From contig CAZZGE010000002.1 of NCBI GenBank assembly GCA_964653665.1, positions 2,047 through 66,046 on the forward strand: 64,000 bases of DNA, read 5' to 3'. Source of the DNA: an uncultured Porifericola sp. Lineage in GTDB: Bacteria > Bacteroidota > Bacteroidia > Cytophagales > Cyclobacteriaceae. A program made the position numbers and the translations under genes. The notes under the pieces are model-generated. The model saw nothing but the letters and a program-made list of their open reading frames with translations. It was not told the DNA's origin and did not search any database. Shown one piece after another: positions 9,681 to 19,585 of this stretch; the stretch's first letter is position 1, and each line of letters starts with the position of its first letter.

Positions 9681-10592
9681 TCAGGTAATTCCGAAAATAG
9701 CATCCATCTTTTGGGAGATAAAAGCCAGCCGTTCCTTACCTCCTCCTTTGACTTCAGCTGAGGCCCAACCTGAATATCTGATCTTTTCTAGTGCATTATT
9801 CACTTTCGGCCAATTACAGTCGCCCTCCAGAAGTTCTACATCAAAGCCTTTCCAGATACCTTCGTCTGTCTGTTTTCTACGGCTATACTCTTTGATGTCC
9901 AGTTTAAAGATACGATCTCCCAATGCTTCAATCCAGTGCTCTGGCCAGCCATAGCGAACTACGTTTCCCACGTCAAAGTACCAACCTATCAAAGGGTGAT
10001 CAAACTGGTCTACGTAACGGGCAGCTTCCAAGGGGCTGAGCAGGAAGTTGTTCCATACGTTTTCAAAGGCAATCCTGACGCCTGTTTCCTCAACGACAGG
10101 TAACACCTTTTTGATTTCTTCTTGGGACCTCTGATAAGCCTCCTGGTAGCTAATCTTGTCGTTGACAACGCCCGGAACTAAGAGTACGGTAGTACCCCCG
10201 TAAGCCTTACAGTCTCTAAGCGCTTGCTCAGTTGCTTTACGGCAACGGTTGCGCACCTCCGGATCAGGATCCGAAAGCGGCGCTTTCCAGTGCATGGAAT
10301 TGATGACGCCCGGAATCTGAAGACCAGATTTTTCCTTGGCTTCCAGCACATCGTCTATGTTGATATCACTGGGAGAGTCCATTTCAACGCCGTCGTAACC
10401 GATGTCGCGTAACATCTTAAATTGGTCAACGATCGGCATTTTCTCCTGCACCATGCTATACTTCAGAGACTTTTTGATCTGTAGTGTAGGTCGTTGCGTT
10501 GAGGCAAAAGCACGAATGGGGAGGTTAACCGATAAAGCTGCTGCGCCCATTGCTGATGCTCCACTTATTTTTACAAAATCTCTTCGCTTCAT
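9681..10592 (-). CDS. Tat-exported sugar phosphate isomerase/epimerase (AP endonuclease 2 TIM barrel)
   Basis: MKRRDFVK Tat motif; FENVWN, YFDVGN, LDIKE, SAEV metal ligands. Confidence 0.85.
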   Translation of the reverse strand: MKRRDFVKISGASAMGAAALSVNLPIRAFASTQRPTLQIKKSLKYSMVQEKMPIVDQFKMLRDIGYDGVEMDSPSDINIDDVLEAKEKSGLQIPGVINSMHWKAPLSDPDPEVRNRCRKATEQALRDCKAYGGTTVLLVPGVVNDKISYQEAYQRSQEEIKKVLPVVEETGVRIAFENVWNNFLLSPLEAARYVDQFDHPLIGWYFDVGNVVRYGWPEHWIEALGDRIFKLDIKEYSRRKQTDEGIWKGFDVELLEGDCNWPKVNNALEKIRYSGWASAEVKGGGKERLAFISQKMDAIFGIT

Positions 10593-10603
10593 TGTATAGA
10601 CGA

Positions 10604-11911
10604 TTAGCTAAATTTAGTAATACCGGGCTTGGGAACTTCAGAAACAGGATAGTCTAGTGTCCGAGTATATTCGTCAGGCCCTAAATTCTCTTCAGAGTTC
10701 ATAGCATCTTCCCAGGTGATTACCTGTCCGGTGTAAGCTGCCATACGTCCCATGATAGCCAGCATTGTGCTCTGTGCCATGAACTCGTCACTGATCGTCT
10801 CTCCTTTGCGAATTGCTGCAAACAGCTCATCATGCTCTGTCTGATACATATCGTTTTGCTCACCTCTGTAACGCCATTTCTGATCAGCGTTAATTTCATG
10901 CACGTTACGTATACAGTCTACTGTGGCTTTACCTTTATTACCCATCACTTCTACTGCATAGCTATTGGCACAGTTGAATTGCTGTCGGCTGAAGTGAAAA
11001 CCTTTTTTTCCACCTTCAAAATCATATACAATAGCGAAGTGGTCGTACACATGGCCAAATTTAGGGTCAGTTCTGACCTGACGGCCTCCGGTTCCTACAC
11101 AACTTATTGGTGTCTCGTCACCCAGTGCCCAGACCATCATATCCAGGCTGTGAACTGCCTGCTCAGTAATGTGATCTCCTGAAAGCCAGTTGTAGTAAAG
11201 CCAGTTTCTGAGTTGATACTCAGCTTCTGTCCAGTCAGATTGTCTCTCCTTAGACCAAAGTGTACCTGTGTTGTAAGTATTGTATATGGTATGAATATCG
11301 CCGACTGCACCATCCTGAATTCTAGTAAAAGCGGCACGCTTGGGAAAATGATAGCGCCAGCAGAAACCAGACATGAGCGAAGTATTCTGGGCTTTCGCCT
11401 TCTTGATAGCATCCATAACCTTACGAATACCAGGGACGTCTACGGCCATGGGCTTTTCGCAAAACACATGCTTACCGGCATTGACAACCTCAGTAAGGTG
11501 ATCAGGACGGAAACCGGGAGGAGTCGCAAGGATCACAACGTCTACGTCGGAAGCAATGAGTTCTTTGTAGGCATCAAAACCAATAAACTGGTGATCTGTA
11601 TCTACTTTTATACGATCGCCATGACCTTTTTTCAAGCTTTCCATGCTTTGGTTCATCCTGTCAGGAAAGATATCAGCCATGGCAGTGAGAACTACATTAT
11701 CGTCAGCTTTTAGCGCCTGATTGGCAGCACCGGTACCTCTTCCTCCACATCCTACCAACCCTACTTTCAGGGTATCCGCATTGACGTTGGCACTTGCCTC
11801 TTTTGGGCTTATAAAGTTAAGTGCCAGGGTACCTCCAACTGCTGCTGCACCAGTTGATTTGATGAACTTGCGTCTTGAAGCATCCAGTTTGTTAAGATCT
11901 TTCTTTTCCAT
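10604..11911 (-). CDS. Tat-exported Gfo/Idh/MocA oxidoreductase
   Basis: SRRKFIK Tat motif, VGCGGRGTGA, HVFCEKPMA, EQAVHSLD; start moved to ATG at 11911. Confidence 0.9.
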   Translation of the reverse strand: MEKKDLNKLDASRRKFIKSTGAAAVGGTLALNFISPKEASANVNADTLKVGLVGCGGRGTGAANQALKADDNVVLTAMADIFPDRMNQSMESLKKGHGDRIKVDTDHQFIGFDAYKELIASDVDVVILATPPGFRPDHLTEVVNAGKHVFCEKPMAVDVPGIRKVMDAIKKAKAQNTSLMSGFCWRYHFPKRAAFTRIQDGAVGDIHTIYNTYNTGTLWSKERQSDWTEAEYQLRNWLYYNWLSGDHITEQAVHSLDMMVWALGDETPISCVGTGGRQVRTDPKFGHVYDHFAIVYDFEGGKKGFHFSRQQFNCANSYAVEVMGNKGKATVDCIRNVHEINADQKWRYRGEQNDMYQTEHDELFAAIRKGETISDEFMAQSTMLAIMGRMAAYTGQVITWEDAMNSEENLGPDEYTRTLDYPVSEVPKPGITKFS

Positions 11912-12110
11912 AATTGTTGATTGGTATGTGCTTTTTGTGTGTCTAATATACAAATTATCTAAAAGAAGACTGAAAAAAAAGAGTCCAGAAGACTCCGGGG
12001 CTGATATACGTTTTTCTGGGAAAAGCTTACAACGAAGCTAGCGAGTAAAAATTTTAATTTATCTATAATTTATATGATTTATATTAGGGTTTCATCAAAA
12101 TTTCAGCCTA

Positions 12111-12968
12111 ATGATCAGCATGCATAATCATTTAGGGGGCACACGTTGGCTCCATCTTTGGATTTTCATCAAACAATCTCTCAAATCTTCTGAAGATGAA
12201 AAATACTTTACTCAAGTTCAAGCTTTGGTGCACAATCCTGACAAGTATCAGGCTGACATGCAGTGTTTTTTTTATCACACATCTCATAACTTAAAAGGCT
12301 CTGTGTCTCGACTCAATGGACTGGTTGAACTGCTAATGATGGATAGTAGTCAAGATATGAGTAAGCAGTATCTGGTTAGAATTAACCGAGAGGTAAAGCA
12401 GATGAATAAAATGCTAGGTAAACTTCAAATCATCAATGAAATAACAAAATGTGAAGAGGATGAGCAAGTATGCCAACCAGAGCAGATTATCAACCAAGTA
12501 CTGGGTAAATACCAGCATCATATATCTGAGAAAAATATATTCATCAGAATCTATGCTGAGGAAGATTACGCAATACAATGTAAAGAATCTTTACTGTTCT
12601 GGACACTGGATAACTTAATAGAAAACGCTATCGTATTTAGCCAACTTGACGGTGATCATCAGTCGTATATTGAAATATATCTGAGTGAAGTAAATGGTCA
12701 GCTGAAGATAGTTTTGGAAGATAATGGAGAAGGTATCAGGAAAGAGAGTCAAGAACGTGTAAAAGAACTTTTTTATCGCGATTCTCTTCGTTCTGAGGGA
12801 GGAGGTATTGGACTTTACATTGTTGATGAATGTATCAAAAAACTAAAGGGAAGCATCAGAGTGCAGAGTGAAACAGCCTGCTATACTCGTTTTGAACTAA
12901 CCTTACCCAAGCTGATGTATGTACAAAGGAGCATCAAAACTTTACAAGAAAAATATCATAAGGTGTAG
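12111..12968 (+). CDS. Orphan histidine kinase-like protein (HisKA + HATPase) without an evident sensor domain
   Basis: H-box SHNLKG, N-box NLIENA, G1 DNGEGI, G2 GGGIGL. Confidence 0.8.
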   Translation: MISMHNHLGGTRWLHLWIFIKQSLKSSEDEKYFTQVQALVHNPDKYQADMQCFFYHTSHNLKGSVSRLNGLVELLMMDSSQDMSKQYLVRINREVKQMNKMLGKLQIINEITKCEEDEQVCQPEQIINQVLGKYQHHISEKNIFIRIYAEEDYAIQCKESLLFWTLDNLIENAIVFSQLDGDHQSYIEIYLSEVNGQLKIVLEDNGEGIRKESQERVKELFYRDSLRSEGGGIGLYIVDECIKKLKGSIRVQSETACYTRFELTLPKLMYVQRSIKTLQEKYHKV

Positions 12969-13600
12969 TAATCTTCCTTTTCGTGATCATGCACTCGGAT
13001 AACACCGTTGATAGTAAGGTCAGTTAAAATACGGTTGGCTCTTCGTTTTGAAATATTTACAATCTGCATAAACTGCTTCAAAGTAATCTTCTCATGGCTA
13101 CTCAAATAATTTAGCAGTCTTTTTTCTTTAGAACCCACACTGACCAGGTTTTTTTTTGGTTTGTTAGTATCGGTGGCTAATTGTCCTTTCAGCATCAAGC
13201 CAATCATTTGTTTGCTGGCAGGGATACTCTTATCGCGTTGTCTTACATACACATGACGCTGTTCGTTTTCGTCCCGCACAAAATGGGGCTTGTACTTACT
13301 TTCATTGACTTTAACGATCAGCACCGTTTTGTCCTCTTTCTCATCTTCTACTTCATGATAGTGTAGATGAATAGGCGGGTCACAGTAGAACTCTGCAGCT
13401 GTTTCCAGGATATATTTTTCTTCTTCAGGATCTACGCCCAAAATAGATCTATCATCCTTTACTCCCACTAACAACTTTCCCCCTTTTGTATTGGCGAAGG
13501 AAGTAATGGTTTTTGCAATTTTGTAGGGATCAGATATGGTTTGCTTGAAATCTACTTTTTCTCCTTCCCCCTTATGAATCATTCTTTTTAGCTTCTTCAT
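12956..13600 (-). CDS. Schlafen/AlbA_2 domain protein with C-terminal winged helix-turn-helix
   Basis: GEGEKVDFKQ, SFANTKGGKLLVGVKDD, YVRQRDKS; C-terminal ITLKQF...ISKRRANRIL. Confidence 0.85.
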   Translation of the reverse strand: MKKLKRMIHKGEGEKVDFKQTISDPYKIAKTITSFANTKGGKLLVGVKDDRSILGVDPEEEKYILETAAEFYCDPPIHLHYHEVEDEKEDKTVLIVKVNESKYKPHFVRDENEQRHVYVRQRDKSIPASKQMIGLMLKGQLATDTNKPKKNLVSVGSKEKRLLNYLSSHEKITLKQFMQIVNISKRRANRILTDLTINGVIRVHDHEKEDYYTL

Positions 13601-13633
13601 GACTTTAGAAAGTAGGGAAATACCCGTTGACAG

Positions 13634-16600
13634 TTAATAACGGCTACCTACCACAACTTTGTTTTTACTGACCTGTATATTTCCTGAAGTATCAAAGGTT
13701 TCTGACCAGATTAGATAGTAACCATCTTTGGCTCTTCTCTGATGATCATCAGTACCATCCCAAATAAATTCATTTTCTGAGGACAATGAGGCGTTTTGTA
13801 CCAGTTGACGAATCAGATTACCCTGAGCGTCAAATATCTGCAGATTGACCACTGCACCGGGATTGGCTGCGTTCACACGAATGCGGGTATAATCCTGAAA
13901 ACCAGAACGGTCCGGGTAAATCACAGGTGGGTCTACACTCAACTGACCGGCGTGAAGTTGTCTTTGCATCCACTGAGAATTCTGATACCCTGGAGTGGCG
14001 TAGCCTACGGTAGAGGCAGAAGACTGCCACACTTCGGGCGTGTTCTCCGAGCCATCCCAGCGAATCCTTTCCAAAGATACCCCTCTTTCTTCCTGTAACA
14101 AAGGATGATGCCAGTCTGGTGAGAATGATACCATTTGCATAATGCTATCCCTCTCATCCATCAATAACAATTGCTCGCCTTCAGCTAATAAATTGGGGAA
14201 GTGTAACATTCTATAGATGTGGCTATTGCCTGTTGATGGTGGGTAATCGGCTTGTAGTATATCAGTGTCTTTAGTAATAGCCAGATAACTATGGGGAGCC
14301 ATCACTAGTGCCTGGTCACTAATTACGTAAGTGGTTAAACCATCGGGCTCCTCCAATGCAAGTTTCCAGTTTTTCAGACTAATGTTCTTGGAAGAGTGAT
14401 TATACAATTCCACGAAATCAACGCCACCCGGACGGGGATGAAACAAAATTTCACTTAAGAGTACGTCTCCTGGATTGTGAGCTTCTGGTAAATAGAAAGT
14501 AAAATTTTGTGTGTCCAGGTTAACATTGCCCGAGCAGTCTGCTACGTAATGTACATGAAGCTGATAGGCAACGCCTGATTGTAACTTTTTGTCCAGTGAC
14601 AGATGAATGGTGCGCTGATTCGGAAGTAAATGTCTCTCGGATACTATTTGGTTATCTACCCTAAATTCCATCTCTGAAATGGCGCTTGCCAGGAGCTTTT
14701 CGTCAAACTCAATGCGTATAAGGGATGGGCTCTCAGTTACAACATTGACTAACGATGGGGGAGTGTTATCGGGATTTTCATTAGTCACAGAATTTGATCT
14801 TCCAGGCGTTCCTCCTGATGGGTCCGTTGAAGCTGTCCAGTTTGATCTTTCCAGGCATGGATACCGTAGGTCCACCATTTCCAATGACCATCCTCCCTTC
14901 CGTTTAAATTCGTCATTGTACCAGCTTTGTTCGTAGGAGACCTGGTGTAGGAGGGTGTTACCGTCCGGTGACGTCAGGGTTATTTGATCACTCTCGTTAT
15001 TGAGGTTTGGAAACGATGAAAGTGCCAGGCTGGTACTTCGTTGACCCATTTCCTGGTAGTCACTGTCATCACAAAGGGTGAGATAACGACCGGGTAACAG
15101 CCATGATGAGGAAAGTGTACTACTTTGGTTATTATCCTGCAATACAATGCCTCTTAACTGTAAAGGCCGGTTGGAGTTGTTGTAAATCTCTACATACTCA
15201 GCATCAGGTAAATCCTGAGCGGGTGTTGGGTCAGCCATCACTTCAGTAATGATGAGCTCGTTCAGGCTAGCGGGTTGTGTTGATCCTAAGTAATGACGAC
15301 TGTCCGGAATACGCATGTGATCCGTGTCTTGGATTTGCGAAAGCGTAAGTGTGTGGAGTTTGTTACTTTCAATTGTCTCAGAAAAAGCTAACTGGATAAG
15401 CTCTTCTTCAGCGATGTATTGAGCGGCTATTGGTCTTTCCTGCTCATTAAGTAGATAATTTAAAGGATCTTCAGCCGATTTAAAATCCAGAGGTTTCTCC
15501 CAGGTGATATGAACGGTAGTAGGGCCCGAAAGCGTAACGTCTTCTACATAGCTATGATACATAAACGACATTACTTGTTCTTTGAAAAACAATTGGTAGC
15601 GAAGCCCTTCACGAAAGGCATCAGGAAAAAACAGACGTACCCGATCTGGACTGATTTGCTGGATAGAATCTGGATTGATGCCCTCAAGACTAAAGAATGA
15701 AACCGGAAGGTTTGTCTCGGGGCGTGTAAGTTGAACTTCAAGGGCACGGTCTGATATTGGAAAAAAGTGGCCCATCGTTGTCTGCTGGTTTTCAAGACGT
15801 ATTGGTATAGCAGATGAAATCATATTTTGGTTTAAGTCGCTGAGGTTAATTAGTTCAAAAATAGCCTGTTGAAGCGTTTCTAGTGAAGCGAAGCTCAATA
15901 TGATTTTATCAGGAGTTAGCTGTAAATATTTGATAGTATAGTCCTGGGTAAAGGGCTCCTCTACGCTGATTACTTCTGATGCTGGTAAGATCGGTTTCTT
16001 AATTGGTTCATGGAAAATTAGCATGATTTGATTGGGTGTATAGAAGTAAGCAGTATCTAACTCTGGAGCTTTGAGATCAAAATAAAACCGAAAGTCCTGA
16101 TCAGGGTCACTGTGATTTTTTCGTTGATCTGCAAGTCCGGAAATTCCTATTTCAAAATACTCTTCCTGGGAGAGGGGCGATGGTAGATGAAGTGTGAGGT
16201 GCTGATTCTCTATCTGATATGTTTCAGGTACAATGACTTCATCATTAAGATAAAGGGTAAGTGAGGCGTTAGGCACTTCATGAAATTTTTCACTCATTGT
16301 TAGCCGAAGCTCAGTAGCAGAAATTGTTTCTATTGCTTCAATCTCAGGTCCATCAGTGTCGTAGTAAAAACGGCGGATGGGCGTAGACAGGCGCTTACCA
16401 ACTGTATCCACCAAACTGCCAACTGTTAGTTCATGGTACTTGTTTTCTAAAAGTGAACTGGAAAAAAAGAGCTGGATAACACGAGAATTTTGTGGATGCT
16501 GAATCACCCGTGCAGGTTTACCAACCGATCTGTCTATTGAAAACCCAGCAGTTTCCAGACTGGATAATTCAGGGGCTCGTTGAAGGTACACATTCAACTG

Positions 16601-18646
16601 AAACGCATTAATTACTTCCACACTATCTATATCATCCTGATAACTGAAAGTGAAAGTTTTGGGCTCATGAGGTGGAATCATATTTCCATATTGATCTATC
16701 ATTGCAGAAACCCGGAGCACATGATCCTCTATCACGCGGAGAGTGGTCGAGAAATCTAACAGAACACTGCTACTATCTGCAGTCAGAGTAGCCCTTCTGG
16801 GTCTGAGGTCTAGCGGAATCAGTTGATAATTACTTTCCCTTTCGGCTGCCGTTTTTTCCAGAGATTCTGAAAAAACTACTTTAACGGAAGCCGTATCTGT
16901 AATGATAATATCCTTAATAAAAGGTGGGTCTAAATCAAGATACAGTGAAGAAGTAAGTACGTTCGCAACGTTATTTTCACAATCAGCGATGTTGCTAACA
17001 TGGATCTCATAAGTTGCGTTTGCAGTAAGGAGTGTGTTTAATTGAAGTAATAGCGTCGTTGAATCAGCATCATAGAAAGTTATATTATCAGGATGAAGTG
17101 TGCTATTGATGAAAAAGTCATCTTCCCAGCCTTCTGTTTTGATAACTTTTTCGTTAAAAGTGAGCAGTAAGCTGTCGTAGGAGAGCGCAGAAGAAGTAAG
17201 CAGGACAGGGGCTGATGTATCCTCGATATCAGAAAAGACGCTATTCTGTAAACCTGGCGTCGCTCCTTGCTCATGTGTCGACAACGCATAGTTTTCTGAA
17301 ATGCCACAGGGCGTTATGCTGTATATCCTTTCTGTTGAAATACCAGCACCTACATCATCTGTATCGTAATCATGGGTATCTATCAAGGTGTTATCAGGTG
17401 AAGTAAGGCTGATGGTAGCACCGCTATTGGAAAGTCTCGGCCAGGTATCTGGGTTGATTACATCCCCTAGGTCACTATAAATGTCGCTGAAATCAGGGTG
17501 GCTGAGTATCACATATGACCCGGGCAAGAGAATAAATGACGGTAAGGCTTTCCCGTTGATTGTCCAGGCTTCCAGGTTGTAGGGGTGGCTGTCAGTGTTA
17601 AATAATTCAATAAATTCTGCATTGCTTTCATCAGGTAAAGTTCCCAGTGAAGGGGTTGGGTCAGCGAAGAATTCATTGATGACGATGCTCTGCCATCGAG
17701 GTGGAGTGGCTTCAAAATACAAGATACTGATCGTAGTGTCAGCCATTGCATTATCACTCAAATCGCTTAGGCTGGTAATGGTTAAATCCTGGTGGATTCC
17801 ATTGGTCATAGGATCATGAAAAGACAGCCGAACTGTATCGTTGGTATAGTTGACCTCTGAGGGTGATTGACCCGAAAGAGAATAGTTTTGTGGGGCTGTT
17901 GCTTCCGAAAAATACAATGCTTCACTGAAAGCCAGATAAACAGTTTGGGCATCAGTTACCCTGGCTGCCTCTACTGCCGGAGGCGTGGTATCGGGTACAG
18001 GCGTTCCGGTAACCAGAAAATCGTCAAAAAAGAAAGCAGAGGAACGGGTGGAGGTATAGTCACAATAAATACCGAAGTATTTGCTTTCGGTATATGTATC
18101 ATCCCAGGCGACACCTTCGGTCGTGTACGCTGACTCCATAGCATTTTTTACAGCGAGTGTCCAGTTGCCGGTGGCATCCCGATTTACCCTGACAAAGATC
18201 TCGACGGGTTTCATGTCTACCCGGTCGTCAGCACCATCAATAATTTTGGTATCGCCTGTACCATCCTGGCGGTAAAGGCTAACCTCGTCCTGACTCCCAC
18301 CTATTTCTACAAAATACCCATGCAATGGATCAGTCAACTTTGCTTGATCAGACACCAGGTAGACTCTGCAGTAATTTGATGATGAAGGATTTTCACTGAC
18401 CTCTACGTAAAAATTCCACTCTGCATCAGCCACAGCTTCTGACCAAGTGCTCAGGTAAGCATTACTGCTTTCTGCAGGAGCGTTGAGCTGTAACTGATAA
18501 CTAACATTGATTTCATACTTGGTTTCATTCCCACTCCAACTTGGGTGATCACTGAAATTACCATCCGAAAAATCATCATTGAGTTGTGCCAGGGCAGGAA
18601 GCAAGATTCCCAGATGAAGGCTTACGAGAAGGAATATCTTTTTCAT
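13634..18646 (-). CDS. Large secreted protein with three lamin-tail domains, Ig-like repeats and a type-B-like T9SS C-terminal domain
   Basis: Signal peptide; INEFFADP..EFIELFN, ITEVMADP..EYVEIYN, LSEILFHP..DFVELYN; repeated DxxPP...LxFSE modules; C-terminal IYPDRSGFQD...IFDAQG...WDG. Confidence 0.85.
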   Translation of the reverse strand: MKKIFLLVSLHLGILLPALAQLNDDFSDGNFSDHPSWSGNETKYEINVSYQLQLNAPAESSNAYLSTWSEAVADAEWNFYVEVSENPSSSNYCRVYLVSDQAKLTDPLHGYFVEIGGSQDEVSLYRQDGTGDTKIIDGADDRVDMKPVEIFVRVNRDATGNWTLAVKNAMESAYTTEGVAWDDTYTESKYFGIYCDYTSTRSSAFFFDDFLVTGTPVPDTTPPAVEAARVTDAQTVYLAFSEALYFSEATAPQNYSLSGQSPSEVNYTNDTVRLSFHDPMTNGIHQDLTITSLSDLSDNAMADTTISILYFEATPPRWQSIVINEFFADPTPSLGTLPDESNAEFIELFNTDSHPYNLEAWTINGKALPSFILLPGSYVILSHPDFSDIYSDLGDVINPDTWPRLSNSGATISLTSPDNTLIDTHDYDTDDVGAGISTERIYSITPCGISENYALSTHEQGATPGLQNSVFSDIEDTSAPVLLTSSALSYDSLLLTFNEKVIKTEGWEDDFFINSTLHPDNITFYDADSTTLLLQLNTLLTANATYEIHVSNIADCENNVANVLTSSLYLDLDPPFIKDIIITDTASVKVVFSESLEKTAAERESNYQLIPLDLRPRRATLTADSSSVLLDFSTTLRVIEDHVLRVSAMIDQYGNMIPPHEPKTFTFSYQDDIDSVEVINAFQLNVYLQRAPELSSLETAGFSIDRSVGKPARVIQHPQNSRVIQLFFSSSLLENKYHELTVGSLVDTVGKRLSTPIRRFYYDTDGPEIEAIETISATELRLTMSEKFHEVPNASLTLYLNDEVIVPETYQIENQHLTLHLPSPLSQEEYFEIGISGLADQRKNHSDPDQDFRFYFDLKAPELDTAYFYTPNQIMLIFHEPIKKPILPASEVISVEEPFTQDYTIKYLQLTPDKIILSFASLETLQQAIFELINLSDLNQNMISSAIPIRLENQQTTMGHFFPISDRALEVQLTRPETNLPVSFFSLEGINPDSIQQISPDRVRLFFPDAFREGLRYQLFFKEQVMSFMYHSYVEDVTLSGPTTVHITWEKPLDFKSAEDPLNYLLNEQERPIAAQYIAEEELIQLAFSETIESNKLHTLTLSQIQDTDHMRIPDSRHYLGSTQPASLNELIITEVMADPTPAQDLPDAEYVEIYNNSNRPLQLRGIVLQDNNQSSTLSSSWLLPGRYLTLCDDSDYQEMGQRSTSLALSSFPNLNNESDQITLTSPDGNTLLHQVSYEQSWYNDEFKRKGGWSLEMVDLRYPCLERSNWTASTDPSGGTPGRSNSVTNENPDNTPPSLVNVVTESPSLIRIEFDEKLLASAISEMEFRVDNQIVSERHLLPNQRTIHLSLDKKLQSGVAYQLHVHYVADCSGNVNLDTQNFTFYLPEAHNPGDVLLSEILFHPRPGGVDFVELYNHSSKNISLKNWKLALEEPDGLTTYVISDQALVMAPHSYLAITKDTDILQADYPPSTGNSHIYRMLHFPNLLAEGEQLLLMDERDSIMQMVSFSPDWHHPLLQEERGVSLERIRWDGSENTPEVWQSSASTVGYATPGYQNSQWMQRQLHAGQLSVDPPVIYPDRSGFQDYTRIRVNAANPGAVVNLQIFDAQGNLIRQLVQNASLSSENEFIWDGTDDHQRRAKDGYYLIWSETFDTSGNIQVSKNKVVVGSRY

Positions 18647-18733
18647 CGTTACGAGTTGTACCTCTGTCAGTTATCACAGTGAAACTAAATTTTTGCCCTG
18701 ATATTTTTATCTACTTTTAAGGAGTAATAGACC

Positions 18734-19585
18734 ATGTGTAAGGTTATGTACTTCATCCGTGTTATCCGAAGGACTTCCGTCTTACTACTCATCATAATAT
18801 CAGTAAATCTTCATGCACAGAACCTCCCAAGTGGAGCCCAGGCCGCCGGTTTAGGGTTTGCTACGGTAGCACTTGAAGGAAGGATGGGTGTCTGGAGCAA
18901 TGCCGCTGGCTTAAGTACAGTCAGAAATCGGCAGATACTGAGCGGCTACGAAAATCGCTACGGACTTATAGAGGGCTTGCATGCCATGCTAGGAGCATAT
19001 CTGCATCCGTTTCGTCAATCTGCCGTTGGCGTCTCCTTTTACCGCTTTGGTGATGATATTTTCAGTCAGCATAAACTCAGCTTAAGTGCCGGGCATCAGA
19101 TGGGGCAGTTTAGCGGAGGTTTGCGGCTCAATCAGCACCAGTACAGCATGGAAGGTGCTGACACACGTTTTGCCCTGGCGATAGATGTAGGCGCTATGAT
19201 GAGACTTTCCTCCCAACTACGAATAGGCATGCAAATCAGTAATATTTCCCAAGCCCGGGTTTCCCGGCAAACCGGGGAAAGAATCCCTAGCATATTGAGT
19301 GTAGGCATAAATTATCAACCTGATCAAGGGCTTAATTTGCTGGCAGAAGTTACCTATGAGTTGGATTATACCCCGACTGTAAAAGTAGGTCTGGAGTATC
19401 AGCCGGCAGAGCTTATTTCGCTCAGAAGTGGCGTGAATAGTGGTCCCCAGCCTCTTTTATTCATGGGTCTGGGACTCAGACATCGCGTCATCCATTTTGA
19501 CTATGTGTTGGAAATGCATCAGCAATTAGGCGTTGCGCAGCACATTGGTTTAGCTTATCAATTTCTAGCCAATGCACAGCCATAG
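18734..19585 (+). CDS. Outer-membrane beta-barrel, PorV/PorP-like
   Basis: Signal peptide, GAQAAGLG...WSNAAGL N-terminal motif, alternating amphipathic strands, GLAYQF near the C-terminus. Confidence 0.6.
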   Translation: MCKVMYFIRVIRRTSVLLLIIISVNLHAQNLPSGAQAAGLGFATVALEGRMGVWSNAAGLSTVRNRQILSGYENRYGLIEGLHAMLGAYLHPFRQSAVGVSFYRFGDDIFSQHKLSLSAGHQMGQFSGGLRLNQHQYSMEGADTRFALAIDVGAMMRLSSQLRIGMQISNISQARVSRQTGERIPSILSVGINYQPDQGLNLLAEVTYELDYTPTVKVGLEYQPAELISLRSGVNSGPQPLLFMGLGLRHRVIHFDYVLEMHQQLGVAQHIGLAYQFLANAQP

